A DNA stretch of 64,000 nt from Octopus vulgaris (taxonomy: Eukaryota), in the NCBI GenBank assembly GCA_951406725.2, contig OX597814.1, positions 224,254,001-224,318,000 on the forward strand. The letters run 5' to 3'. This document shows positions 40,442 to 52,900 of this stretch, in pieces (position 1 is the stretch's first letter; each line of letters opens with the position of its first letter). The notes under the pieces are model-generated. The model made no database searches and was not told the origin of the DNA. It saw only the letters and a program-made list of their open reading frames with translations. Position numbers and translations under genes: made by a program.

Positions 40442-40757
40442 GTCTCTCTCTTTAACCCTCACACTGACTTCTGTGTTCAAATTGTCTTCTGTGTATTTGT
40501 ACGTTCTCCCTACAACATTACCTGACTTATTTTAAATTTGTTGCACTCCGTCTACTTAAATACATTATTTACATTTCTCCTCCTATCGAAAAACGTTGTG
40601 CGTGCGGTCGTGCATGCATACATATGATCGCTATGGGCCACATACAGCCGATGTGTGTGTGTGCATACATATATATATATATGTGTGTATATATATGTAT
40701 ATATATGTGTGTGTATATATATATGCGTACATATATACATATATATATATATATATG

Positions 40758-40822
<65 letters not shown>

Positions 40823-40997
40823 ATATATATATATAAAGTAAATATATGGCACAAGAGTACCGATATTTACTGTAGCGAACGTAATAATACGACACTATAT
40901 ATATATGCGTACAAACTAGAAAAATGGATATATGTACAACGCATATATATATGTATATGTATATGTATATATTACTTTGTATATTTTTCCTCAAGGG

Positions 40998-41060
<63 letters not shown>

Positions 41061-41093
41061 TTATGACCCGGCGTTGCCGGGTCATAGTGCTAG
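39855..41093 (+). mobile_element. Probable non-autonomous Helitron inflated by internal microsatellites
   Basis: 5' region with TTTCAACCGATTTTCACCAAACTT (shared with the 44045 element); perfect 3' hairpin TATGACCCGGC-GTT-GCCGGGTCATA then CTAG|T. The 5' boundary is uncertain. Confidence 0.6.
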
Positions 41094-41225
41094 TTTGGTC
41101 TAAATTTGTTAAATTATAAATTTGGGGTAATAAAACATACAATGATATATTAAAAAGACGAATTAAAATTCCAGAGAAAAATACATAGAAGATAAATATA
41201 CAAATTTACAAAAATACATAAAAGT

Positions 41226-41308
41226 TAATCTACGGGTCGTTTCGGAGATGCGCCAATATGAAACATATCATATATTTAAAATTGACTCTCCTCTCGTCAG
41301 GATGTTTT
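41226..41308 (-). ncRNA. Degenerate type-I hammerhead ribozyme motif
   Basis: Minus strand: CATC-CTGACGA-GA-GGAGA-GTCAAT...ATTGGC-GCA-TCTCC-GAAA-CGACCCGT-A-GAT; GUA triplet; stem I only 3 bp. Confidence 0.45.
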
Positions 41309-42059
41309 ACACACAACACATAGTACACGGAAGCAAATGCACAATTACATACCTGGCTACATGCGAAAGACCAGACATTATGTACTCCCAAAAATTCTCA
41401 TAGATACTGAATGCTACTTTATAAGCATATAATTCAATCTAGCAGCTATAGTAAATGGCATGCGCACAGCTCCATCTGGACTAATTCACCTCTGCACTCA
41501 AATTTTTAATCTTTTAATTTCTCCCATTCATGCAAAGCCACATATTCGAGTTCAAGTCCTTGATACATTTTATACTAATTGCTATTTTTTCTTTTAATTG
41601 TTATATTACGTTTTAATTACCATAGTTTCTTTTTATTTTAATTACCACTTACTATATTTACTATATTTAATTCAATTGTTATTAACTCTAACTTTTATTG
41701 CAATTTTTATTTCTAAGTTTCTTATGGAACGTCGAGTGGATCTTATGCGTACAATATATTTTTATATGATGTTTATATATTTATATATTACTATATATTT
41801 CTAAACGTCGGGTTTTATGTCTGTTCTGTAGATACAAATGAATATATGAATATATGTATGTGTTTGATCTTTCTGTGGATTTTGTAGTGTTCTTAGATTT
41901 AAAAGTGTATACAGCTCATTTGAGCACTACTATTCCAGTCTGTTATATATTTTGAGCGTTGTTGTCACTAACGATCTCAATATATATCTTTATATTTTGT
42001 AATATATATATCTATATATATATATATATATATACATCCATGTACATACAATAGAGAGA

Positions 42060-42275
42060 TGTGTTTGTTTCACTTTTAACACGTAATACTGAAATAGTGG
42101 AGAAGATATGATATTGCTGTGGGCTCGCCCTAGGCAAGAAGTTAAACGCTTTTTCCCATGACACTACATGGAACCTAAGTAAGGCATGTATAAAATTTGA
42201 ATGAAATTGGTTGTGTAGTTCTCGAGTTTTAGGGAAACACACAGACAGACAGACACACATTCTCACTTTTATATA
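42060..42275 (-). mobile_element. Helitron-like 5' end fragment
   Basis: Minus strand ATAAAAGTGAGAATGTGTGTCTGTCTGTCTGTG...CAACCAATTTCATTCAAATTTTA, the same layout as the other Helitron heads here. Confidence 0.45.
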
Positions 42276-42278
42276 CAT

Positions 42279-42375
<97 letters not shown>

Positions 42376-42504
42376 CTAGAAATAAACGCCCAAATAGTCT
42401 ACAAACCACTTAAGTTATTACTCCATTACCACAAGGTTAGTTTACACTACTGAATAGTGGAAAGCGTTGTTAATATCGCAAACCATGGAACTATGGCGTT
42501 TTTA

Positions 42505-42533
42505 TTCCGAGCAACGCCGGGTATCTCTGCTAG
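42505..42533 (+). mobile_element. Helitron 3' terminus
   Basis: CCGAGCAACGCCGGG hairpin followed by CTGCTAG|T. Confidence 0.65.
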
Positions 42534-42818
42534 TATAATATATAATACAATATAATATGATGTGATATGATATGATATTGCAGATATACATACATGTGCA
42601 TAAATGTATGTATGTATATAGGGATGAATGTATATATACGCACACATATATGTATGCATATGTATGTACGTATGTATGCATGTATGTGTGTATGTATATA
42701 TATATATGTATGTATGTATGTGTGTGTGTATATATAGGTATGGATATGTATATGTTTGTATGTAGGTATGTACGTATATATGTCTATCAGTCTGTCTGTC
42801 TGTCTGTATGTCTGTCTG

Positions 42819-42885
<67 letters not shown>

Positions 42886-43000
42886 GTCTGTCTGTCTGTC
42901 TGTCTATCATCTATCTATCTAACTAACCTATATACAATGCTGATGTGGTAATGGGTGGTGGCCCATGTTTGTGACTGTCCCTATTCCAAATTTGTCAGTA

Positions 43001-43061
<61 letters not shown>

Positions 43062-43324
43062 GCCACTCCCTTACTTGCTCCCACCCCTTGTAATCTCTCT
43101 TCCCCTGTTCTCTATTCTACTTCTCAACTTCCTCCACCTTCCCCACACAATAGCCATTCCTCAAGTGCTCCGCTTGTTGTTTCCAGAAATGGCTCTGAAT
43201 GAAGTAGGAGTAACATTATTCAATGTCGTTCAATTTACCTCAGTTGATCGATTGCCCTGTTGAGTAAATATATCAGTAATGTACCTATAATGATTATTGG
43301 AAACAGATACAAGGCAAATTTGAT

Positions 43325-43916
43325 CACATGGTTCCGGGTTCAGTCCCACTGCGTGGCACCTTAGGCAAGTGTCTTCTACTATAGCCTCGGGCTGACCAAA
43401 GCCTTGTGAGTGGATGTAGTAGACGGAAACTGAAAGAAGCCCGTCGTATATATGTACATATATATGTATGTATTCAATTAAAGCAAATAATATTACAAGA
43501 AATACTAAAATATCTTTATATCTATGATAATGATGAAAAGGAATTTTATCCAAATTTCTTTTTAATCCCAATGGATTACTTGAACCCCCTTCATGTAAAA
43601 ACAAAAAATGTAAAATAACTAAACCCACAATAATAAAAAGAAACAAAAAATGAAAACAAAAAACCGACTTAAAGTAGCATTATCTTTGTGTGTATATGTT
43701 TGTGTGTCTGTGTTTGTTCCCCCAACATCGCTTGACAACCGATGCTGGTGTGTTTACGTCCCCGTAACTTAACGGTTCGGCATAAGAGACTGATAGAATG
43801 AGTACTAGGCTTACAAAGAATAAGTCCTGGGGTCGATTTTTTCGACTAAAAGGTGGTGCTCCAGCATGGCCGCAGTCAAATGACTGAAAAATTTAAAAGA
43901 GTAAAAGAGTAAAGAG
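43325..43916 (+). mobile_element. SINE family B split by a mitochondrial insertion
   Basis: Head and CORE-like half 43325-43447, NUMT 43472-43684, 3' half 43690-43916 with AAAAGAGT tail. Confidence 0.88.
43472..43684 (-). pseudogene. cytb: NUMT: mitochondrial cytochrome b fragment
   Basis: Minus strand DNATLSRFF/(1-nt frameshift)/[32 protein letters not shown](S)[11 protein letters not shown](S)YKDIL. Helix D His motifs and NPLG...DKIPFH..Y..KD are diagnostic; AGA codons read as Ser in the invertebrate mitochondrial code. Confidence 0.93.
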
Positions 43917-44044
43917 TGATAAAAGAATTATATGTGATGACCTTTATTTACAACAAAAAGTTTAACAATTGCTTCTAAGTTTGGCTTATGTAATCTGATG
44001 AAGACTACATAGAAGAAACTTCGAAATAACTGTGAACGTTTATA

Positions 44045-44556
44045 TCTCTCTATATATAAACGGCAGTTTGTCTGTCTGTGTGTCTGTGTGTCTGTCAGGT
44101 TGTACCCTGACCCTGACCACGGCTTTCAACCGATTCTGATGAAACTTGACACACACATAGCCGAATGTCATAATTCAAAACTAACGCAGTGAAAATTTTG
44201 AAAAGTTCCCCCAGTTCTGAGAAAAATCGATAGTTTCGACATGGGTCGAGAATCTAAGCTTTTTATATGCAACACATTTTCTGTTGTAGTTTTCGCAACT
44301 TGCAATCGATTTTCACCAAACTCATGGTAAAGCTTAATGTTACCCTAAGAAACTTAATTCTGACGTTAGTTTTCCATGCAATACCTTACCATCAGAAAAA
44401 ATCGATAAAATCATGCCATTTTGGGAAATCGCGTTAAAATTCAAGATGACATATTTTCGATAATATCTTTCACAAATTGGAAAGGAGTAGATTGGGATTA
44501 GTCGTTGCCTACTAGGGGCTCTTACATACCCGGGCAACGCTAGGCTATGCTGCTAG
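44045..44556 (+). mobile_element. Non-autonomous Helitron, copy 1
   Basis: A|TCTCTCTATATATAAACGGCAG 5' end; CCCGGGCAACGCTAGG hairpin plus CTAG|T. Confidence 0.82.
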
Positions 44557-44851
44557 TGTATGTATATTTTGTATATGCATAATATGTGCATATGTCTAAA
44601 CGATGCGATCAAGCATGGTGCATTTCCTTATGTGTTTACGGATGGTTGATTTTTATGTGTGTGTGTGTATACATATATGTGGGGTGTGCGTATGTGTGTA
44701 TATATATAGCGGGGGGAGCATGTGCAGGCTTTCATATTACATGCAGCTTACGTCAGTTGTTCATGTATACAAAGTTGCATTAAACACACACATGTATGCA
44801 TGGAAAAATGTGTGTGTGTGAGTATAATATATATGTATGTGTGTGTGTATG

Positions 44852-45152
<301 letters not shown>

Positions 45153-45176
45153 TTTTTTGTGCTTTCCTGTTTGGAT

Positions 45177-45215
<39 letters not shown>

Positions 45216-45459
45216 TTACAGATATAGGGGGAAATATAATTACTTTAATAAAATCAACAAATTTCCCCTAGTAGTATTTGGGTATGGAAAAAGACCATAT
45301 TCGGTGAAAAACTTATATAATTATAATAATAAGGGTTTTTGCAACAAGTTGCTGGACCACATACCGAAAATTTTAGAAATAGCAGCCTATATAGTAGTAA
45401 GTTTGCCTTTTTATTGTCTTCAAAAGTTTGTGTTTGGATAATATTTTTTATGTAAAAGT

Positions 45460-45830
45460 TGTGCAACAAATAATAAATACAAAATACATTCAGTTGCGCA
45501 AATTCTTTGCACGATAAACCTGCCTTTGTGTGGCCTGTTTCCCCATTTTGTAAATTCGTCTTCGGCTTTCCTAGCCATTTCTGCTTTGAGCATGGCAACT
45601 TCAAAGCCATGAAGTCGTTCTTCGAGAAGAACGGTGGTCTCCTTGACAACGCTTACGACGTTGATTTCCCTCCCCTCCCCTTCCCCACTGCTTCACGAGG
45701 GAGGGAAAGAAGGGGAGGAGTGAGACAGGTGCACGTGCGAGCATGGACGCCGACACACGAAGAATTGGAAAACCCAGACGACAGCTTCACAGTCAACGAC
45801 TACTACGGACAACTCTGCCACGACCACCAC
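45460..45830 (+). repeat. Copy 1 of an approximately 370-bp duplicated GC-rich segment
   Basis: Colinear with 47540-47907 (ATTCAGTTGCGCAAATTCTTTGCACG...CTCTGCCACGACCACCAC). Confidence 0.92.
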
Positions 45831-47321
45831 GACCACAATGACCACCACCATCACCACCACCACCACCACCATCACCACCACCATCACCACCACCATCACC
45901 ACCACCATCGCCGCCACCATCACAACCACCATCGCCGCCACCACCACGACCACCAACATCACCACCACCATCACCACCACCATGGCCGCCACCATCACCA
46001 CCACCATCGCCGCCAACACCACCACCACCACCACCACCATCGCCACCACCATCACCACCACCATCGGCGCACCACCACCACTGCCACCATCACCACCACC
46101 ATCACCACCACCAACGCGGCCACCATCACCACCACCATCGCCGCTACCACCACCACCACTACCACCACCACCACCACCATCACCACCACCATCGCCGCGA
46201 AAATCACCACCACCATCGCCACCACCATCACCACCACCATCACCACCACCATCACCACCACCATCGCCACCACCATCACCACCACCATCGCCGCAACAAC
46301 CACCACAACCACCACCATCACCACCACCATCGCCGCCACCATCAGCACCAACATCGCCACCACCACCAACACCATCCCCGCCACCACCACCACAACCACC
46401 ACCATCACCACCACCACCATCACCAACTCCACCACCACCAACTCCACCACCACCACCATCGCCAACTCCACAACCACCACCATCACCATCATCATCACGA
46501 CCACCATCGCCGCCACCACCACCACCATCACCACTATCACCACCACTATCGCCACCACCATCACCACCATCACCACCATCGCAACCACCAACTCCACCAC
46601 CACCATCATCATCACCACCACCACCACCATCATCACCACCACCACCACCACCACCATCACCATCACCACCACCACCACCACCACCACCATCACCACCACC
46701 ATCAACACTACCATCGCCGCCACCGTCACCACCACCATCGCCGCAACCACCATCACCACCACCATAACAACCACCATCGCCGCAACCATCACCACCACCA
46801 CCACCACCACCACCACCACCACCACCACCATCACTACCACCATCGCCGCCAACACCACCACCACCACCATCACCACCATCACCACCATCATCACCATCAC
46901 AAACTTCACCACCACCCACATCATCACCACCGCCACCACCACCATCACCACCACAATCGCCGCCACCGTCACCACCACCATCGCCGCAACCACCATCACC
47001 ACCACCACCACCACCACCACCATCATCACCACCACCATCACCACCACCATCACCACCACCATCGCCGCCACCAACACCACCACCACCACCACCATCGCCG
47101 CCACCACCACCACCACTACCACCATCACCACCACCTTCACCATCACCACCACCACCACCACCACCACCACCACCACCACCAACTCCACCACCACCACCAT
47201 CATCACCACCACCATCACCACCACCATCATCACCTCCACCACCACCATCACCACCATCACCACGACCACCACCACCATCATCACCACCACCGCCACCATT
47301 ACCACCACAACCAACACCACC
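45820..47321. repeat. Imperfect (CAC/ACC)n trinucleotide array, about 1.5 kb
   Basis: ACC runs punctuated by ATC, GCC and AAC; accounts for the long His/Thr, Pro, Gly and Val ORFs. Confidence 0.98.
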
Positions 47322-47539
47322 AATTTTCCGTGTGTCGGCGTCCAGGCTCACACATGCACCTGTGATGCGTTGTCATGGAGACCACCGTTCTTCTCCCAAA
47401 AATGTCTAAACTTCGTATTCTTGTAGAATCTGTCAAAATAAAACATTTTTTTCTCTTGGCTTTATTCAGAAAATTCTAGAGTTTCTAAGATATTTGCTGC
47501 TTTTTTCTTCTGCAATTTCAACTAATCAATGACGTCTAT

Positions 47540-47907
47540 TGCGCAACAACTAATAAATACATTCAGTTGCGCAAATTCTTTGCACGATAAACCTGCCTTT
47601 GTGTGGCGTGTTTCCCCATTTTGTAAATTCGTCTTCGGCTTTCCTCGCCATTTTCTGCTTTGAGCATGGCGACTTCAAAGCCATGAAGTCGTTCTTCGAG
47701 AAGAACGGTGGTCTCCTTGGCAACGCTTACGACGTTGATTTCCCTACCCTCCCCTTCCCCACTGCTTCACGAGGGAGGGAAAGAAGGGGAGGAGCGAGAC
47801 AGGTGCACGTGCGAGCATGGATGCCGACACACGAAGAATTGGAAGAACCCAGACGACAACTTCACAGTCAACGACTACTTCGGACAACTCTGCCACGACC
47901 ACCACCA
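47540..47907 (+). repeat. Copy 2 of the duplicated segment (unexpanded CAC seed)
   Basis: Ends GACCACCACCAAC and continues into further unique-looking sequence. Confidence 0.92.
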
Positions 47908-48288
47908 ACTATGGCGAAAGAATGTATCTGGTGGACGCATCTGAAAGGATTGGAGACAAACACTTTCCTCTCTGGTCAACCTGTCATCAACTTCTTCAAG
48001 TATCACTTGAAGAGGAAAGTGAGAGTAAAGAGGCAAGTTTTGTCTAGCGAATGTTTTAAAAAAGATGGGTGAATGTAGCAAGGATGGCACGTATGAATGA
48101 CGAAGCCACCGTTGAGCATGATCCTATGAACGAAAAACAGAAAGAAAAAGAGAGACATTTACTGTAATGTGCTTTTTGTATGACATTCTTGCCCAAGGTT
48201 ACCGTGGTGTTTCCGTAGGCTTTTCTTTTCACGGATAAACCTAATCTGTTTTCCCGTTTTACATTGACATTTCTGTGAATTTGGTTGG

Positions 48289-48419
48289 GTTCCGTCTACC
48301 AAATCCACTCACAAGGCTTTGGTCGGCCCGAGGCTATAGTAGAAGATACTATACGCCGTGGTACTGAACCCGGAACCTTGTGGTTGGTAAGCAAGCTACT
48401 TACCACACATCCACTCCTG
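48289..48419 (-). mobile_element. SINE family B, 5' half with small deletion
   Basis: TTCCGTCTACCAAATCCACTCACAAGGCTTTGG...CTTACCACACATCCACTCCTG. Confidence 0.8.
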
Positions 48420-48422
48420 ACC

Positions 48423-48425
48423 CTA

Positions 48426-48487
<62 letters not shown>

Positions 48488-49247
48488 GGCAGTTTGTCTG
48501 TCTGTGTGTCTGTGTGTCTGTCAGGTTGTACCCTGACCCTGACCACGGCTTTCAACCGATTCTGATGAAACTTGACACACACATAGCCCAATGTCATAAT
48601 TCAAAACTAACGCAGCGAAAATTTTGAAAAGTTCCCCCAGTTCTGAAAAAAATCGATAAATAAGACATGGGTCGAGAATCTAAGCTTTTTATATGCAACA
48701 CATTTTCTACATACTGTCTAGGGGACGCAACTCGACCTTTTTAAGTATCCCAAAATGCATAAAAAATGTACAAAAACGGCAAAAAATCGGACAGCAATGT
48801 GAGTGATAACAACAAAAAAGTCAAAAGTGACAAAACTGAACAAACGAATGGAAAAGATTTTTTGATGCACACGAGAAAAGCGGTTTATAATAAACCAAGA
48901 GTTTGCAAGTAGCATCCGAGGACCCTTAGGGTACGTCAAAAATTTAAGGTAAAACGTTTGGGGTGGTAGTTATAAAGAAAGTGTAATCAAAAAAAGTATT
49001 CGAATAACTTGCGACTGCAGCAGCTATTAGCAGAAGTGGGGGTAAAGTCTCGAATGTAATTTCTTCCTGGTAGGAATTGGTTGGGTTGAATTATCGATAG
49101 CTGTTTGATAGTTATTTGGGAGTGAAGAGAAGACATTGCAACCTACACATGCGCCTTCGTTCCCTAGAGGGAAATGACTAGATTGGGATTAGTCGTTTCC
49201 TACTAGGGGCTCTTACATACCCGGGCAACGCCGGGCTATGCTGCTAG
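48423..49247 (+). mobile_element. Non-autonomous Helitron, copy 2 (same termini as 44045, different middle)
   Basis: Shared 5' block AAACGGCAG...GCAACACATTTTCT and shared 3' block TAGATTGGGATTAGTCG...CCCGGGCAACGCCGGGCTATGCTGCTAG. Confidence 0.85.
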
Positions 49248-49269
49248 TTGTAGATAAAAGTCAACAGGT

Positions 49270-49376
49270 CCATGCGTGGTATGAAGCTTTCTTCCCAACC
49301 ACATGGTTCCGGGTTCAGTCCCACTGCATAGTACTTTGGGCAAGTTTCTTCTACTATAGCCTTGGCCGACCAAAAC

Positions 49377-49412
<36 letters not shown>

Positions 49413-49580
49413 GACGGGCTTTTTTCAGTTTCCGTCTACCAAATCCACTCACAAAAGAGTTCGATAGAATAAGTACTAGGCTTAGAAAGATTAAGTCCCA
49501 GGGTCTGTTTGTTCTACTAATGCCGATGCTCTAGCATGGCCGCAGTCAAATGACTGAAAAAAGTATAAGAATAAAAGAAT
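49270..49580 (+). mobile_element. SINE family B with internal inversion and deletion
   Basis: Head and tail on the plus strand; the central block 49380-49454 is in reverse orientation. Confidence 0.75.
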
Positions 49581-49707
49581 GTTAGTCTAATTTTCAGTTT
49601 TGAGTGATGCTTCAGTTTAATAGCTTGCCGTTTTTTTAAAAAATAATTTCTATAATTATATATAAATTATAATAAATCTCTGAGCGAGATATAAACAGTA
49701 ACTGCTC

Positions 49708-49984
49708 TATAACATAAGGGGGATCAGCCATCTGAATGTGGCTAGGGACAGGGCGGGGTAGTGGGGGTGTTACTGATACATTTAGCCCCAGGCGATCATC
49801 AACGTCACCAGAAGGGCTGACACCATCTCGGTGATCTCCCTTTGCAGGCTGGCAAGGACACCGAGATGATGTCAGCCCTTCTGGTGACGTTGATGATCGC
49901 CTGGGGCTAAATGCATCAGTAACACCCCCACTACCCCGCCCTGTCCCTAGCCACATTCAGATGGCTGATCCCCCTTATGTTATA
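49708..49984. repeat. Near-perfect hairpin / fold-back element
   Basis: Arms 49708-49833 and 49859-49984 are reverse complements with two mismatches; 25-nt loop; TATA at both ends. Confidence 0.95.
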
Positions 49985-50150
49985 TATAAATTAAAATCCA
50001 GAAAATGGAGGAGTAGCATTAATATGATTTATTAACTGCAAAACTTCAACATGTTCATTTACAGTTGTTTCCTGTTTTGTGCATGTGAGACATTGGTGCA
50101 CGTGAGTGAGTACACACACACTCACGCATGCGCACGCAACACATACATAC

Positions 50151-50490
50151 CTTGTTAATTTATTTCGGTTCTCAGCACACACCGTTCAAATCTTGTCGTG
50201 GTTGATTTGGCGATTTATCATTTCGGGATCAATGAAATACAGTTCGACTCTAATTCAACCCACTTCACGACGATGGTCGAACTTCCAGATCGTCGGACGA
50301 TAATCTTTAGATTTTGTTCTATTTCTTTGCACTGTCTGTTTTTGGTTTATTGACGTAATCAGCTCTCCCGTTTAATCTTGTCTGCTGATCTTCTGCTGTA
50401 TTTAATCGAGTTCCTTGCGCCACAAGTAGTAGGGCTAAGTCCCCAATTTGAAGATAAACTTATCTTTGGCTCTCACTAGTTTCAGAGGCT
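50151..50490 (-). other. Candidate non-coding (5' UTR or lncRNA) exon
   Basis: Minus-strand acceptor TCTTTTTTCCTTTTCTTTTTTTCTCAG| and donor AAG|GTATGT bound 340 nt of complex, non-repetitive sequence; stops in all three frames. Confidence 0.5.
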
Positions 50491-51233
50491 CTGAGAAAAA
50501 AAGAAAAGGAAAAAAGATTATTGGCAATGTTCCTTTTGAGCTTTGTGCATGAGCGTGCGCATATGTTATGCATTTAGCTCACAAAGGAAACAAACTCTTC
50601 TCATACAAGCTTTGAGAGATGATATTGAATTTTTCAGAAATTAAATATGGTTACTTGCATGGATGTTCACATATTTTGCATGCAAGTACAAAATTTGCGC
50701 ATAAGCAAATTTCTGCTCACATACTCAGCAAAATAATTTGGGAGAACAATGGTTGCACTTCTCTGCCTTACAAAATGGTGACAATGAAGGAAATTCAAAT
50801 AATTTCGTCCATGGTCTGAAGAAAGAATTACGTGATCATGGCTGAAAACTGTTTCATCATAGATCTGCACGAAGTGAGTTTACCAGGTACTAAATTACAA
50901 GAAATTTCAAAGCAAAGAAGGAGCATTTAAATGTTTTCGGTTTCATGGCATAGTAGAATAAGTAGTCAGATCTCTCTCAAATCACAAACTACTATTTAAG
51001 GGAAAGAAGGATATTGATAGCAAAGTAAGTTAGTCGTAGAAGCTTTCTAACCTGAAAGGACATGGTTGTCATTACGAAAATGTCTTTGATTAGAAAGATT
51101 CTATGTCTGATCAAAATTATAGAGAGCTAAGTGACGACGTCAACAATAAAATGACAACATCATTGGCAAAAGTAGTGAATATAAATCATTGTAAAGTTGA
51201 ATAAACCAATTGCTTGTGAGGAAATAGAAATAT

Positions 51234-51650
51234 CTTATTTCTTTATTGCCCACAAAGGGCTAAACATAGACGGGACAAACAAGGACAGACAAACGGATTA
51301 AGTCGATTACATTGACCTCAGTGCGTAACTGGTACTTAATTTATCGACCCCCAAAGGATGAAAGGCAAAGTCGACCTCGGTGGAATTCGAACTCAGAACG
51401 TAACGGCAGACGAAATACCTGTTTCTTTATTACCCACAAGGGGCTAAACATAGAGGGGACAAACAAGGACAGACAAACGGATTAAGTCGATTATATCGAC
51501 CCCAGTGCGTAACTGGTACTTAATTTACCGACCCCGAAAGGATGAAAGGCAAAGTCGAACTCGGTGGAATTCGAACTCAGAACGTAACGGCAGACGAAAT
51601 ACCGCTAAGCATTTCGCCCGGTGTGCAAACGATTCTGCCAGCTCGCCGCC
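51234..51650 (-). mobile_element. Head-to-tail dimer of SINE family A
   Basis: Full copy 51421-51650 followed (on the minus strand) by a copy lacking its first ~45 nt, 51234-51419. Confidence 0.88.
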
Positions 51651-52718
51651 TTATCTAACGTTTCGTAAGAACCGTTTGTCGCTGGTGTGCTTGGATTTTA
51701 AAGAACTGGTAAAAAGAAAGGATATGAATGTTTCGCTCCAATTAAACCTTACAGAGGGGAACTATTAATATTTAGGAGGCACAACACTCATCGGAGTTAT
51801 TTTCTCTTATTTATAATTTTGAAATCACATTCAGACTCGATGCATTCAAGTTTCGTTTTTTTTAAAATTTCAGCTCAGTTGTTGGGTAAATGTTGATTAT
51901 AGTTAATAAATTCCAATACTTACTTCGACTGTCATAGGAGGACTATTTATATTAAAGGAGGACAAATAACAACAGCTAAAACTACAACAGTAACAACATT
52001 AAAACAAGAACAACAAAGCAGAAGAGATGAAAGGCGTAGTTGAACCCTAAGGAATTTGCACTGTGTAGGTCAACGAAGCTTTATACTTTAGGGTAAGAGC
52101 GCAGTACATCGACTCAGTACAACAATTTGTTTTCCTGTTGTTTTCCATCTTTTTTGTGTGTGAAGGAGGCGAGGTTTCTTCAACAACTCCACTTATGTAC
52201 TATGAAGTATTTACTCCAACATTGTTCCGTTTCTTCCATTCCTTTTATATTCAAGCATTTATATAACCTATGCGATGCAACCAAACACTCCCCATTCACC
52301 GACCAATAAAAAGATTACCCTTTCTCCAACATTGACAAAAAAAAAAAAAAAAAGAAGATTAATGTCAACTAAAAGCAATCTTGAAGCTGAAAACGAAAAC
52401 TGAGAAGTTGTCCTCTTAGTGTCGAGGTTATTTCCAAATATAGACATTAATAAGAAAATAGCGATAAAACCCGCCCATGAAATTTGATCTGCTCTCATAT
52501 CACTTGAACGTCCACTAAATACACATACACCAATAAATAAATGCAGGCAAGCGCAGATACACGCATTTAGAGAAATGCATAGATAAAGTTACATATATAC
52601 ATACATACACTTTGGTACACACATATCTCTAGGGTATACTGTACACACCCGAAAATACACAAACTGTCATTAAATTTGTCATCCATTTATATAAAAGTGC
52701 ATAGAAAAAATATATATG

Positions 52719-52761
<43 letters not shown>

Positions 52762-52825
52762 TCATGAATGTATATGTATGTATCTGTGTATCTAGCTGTG
52801 TAACTATGGATCTATTTACACGCAC

Positions 52826-52900
<75 letters not shown>

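Noticed and set aside
43994-44030. CTGATGAAG...TTCGAAA hammerhead-like spacing
   Set aside because: Only a 2-bp stem II, with no stem I or III.
45507-47426. 639-aa His/Thr-rich ORF and overlapping Pro-, Gly- and Val-rich ORFs as real genes
   Set aside because: CAC repeats lack stop codons in most frames. The ORF has a non-ATG start and no signal peptide, its N-terminus lies in a duplicated repeat, and the second copy shifts frame.
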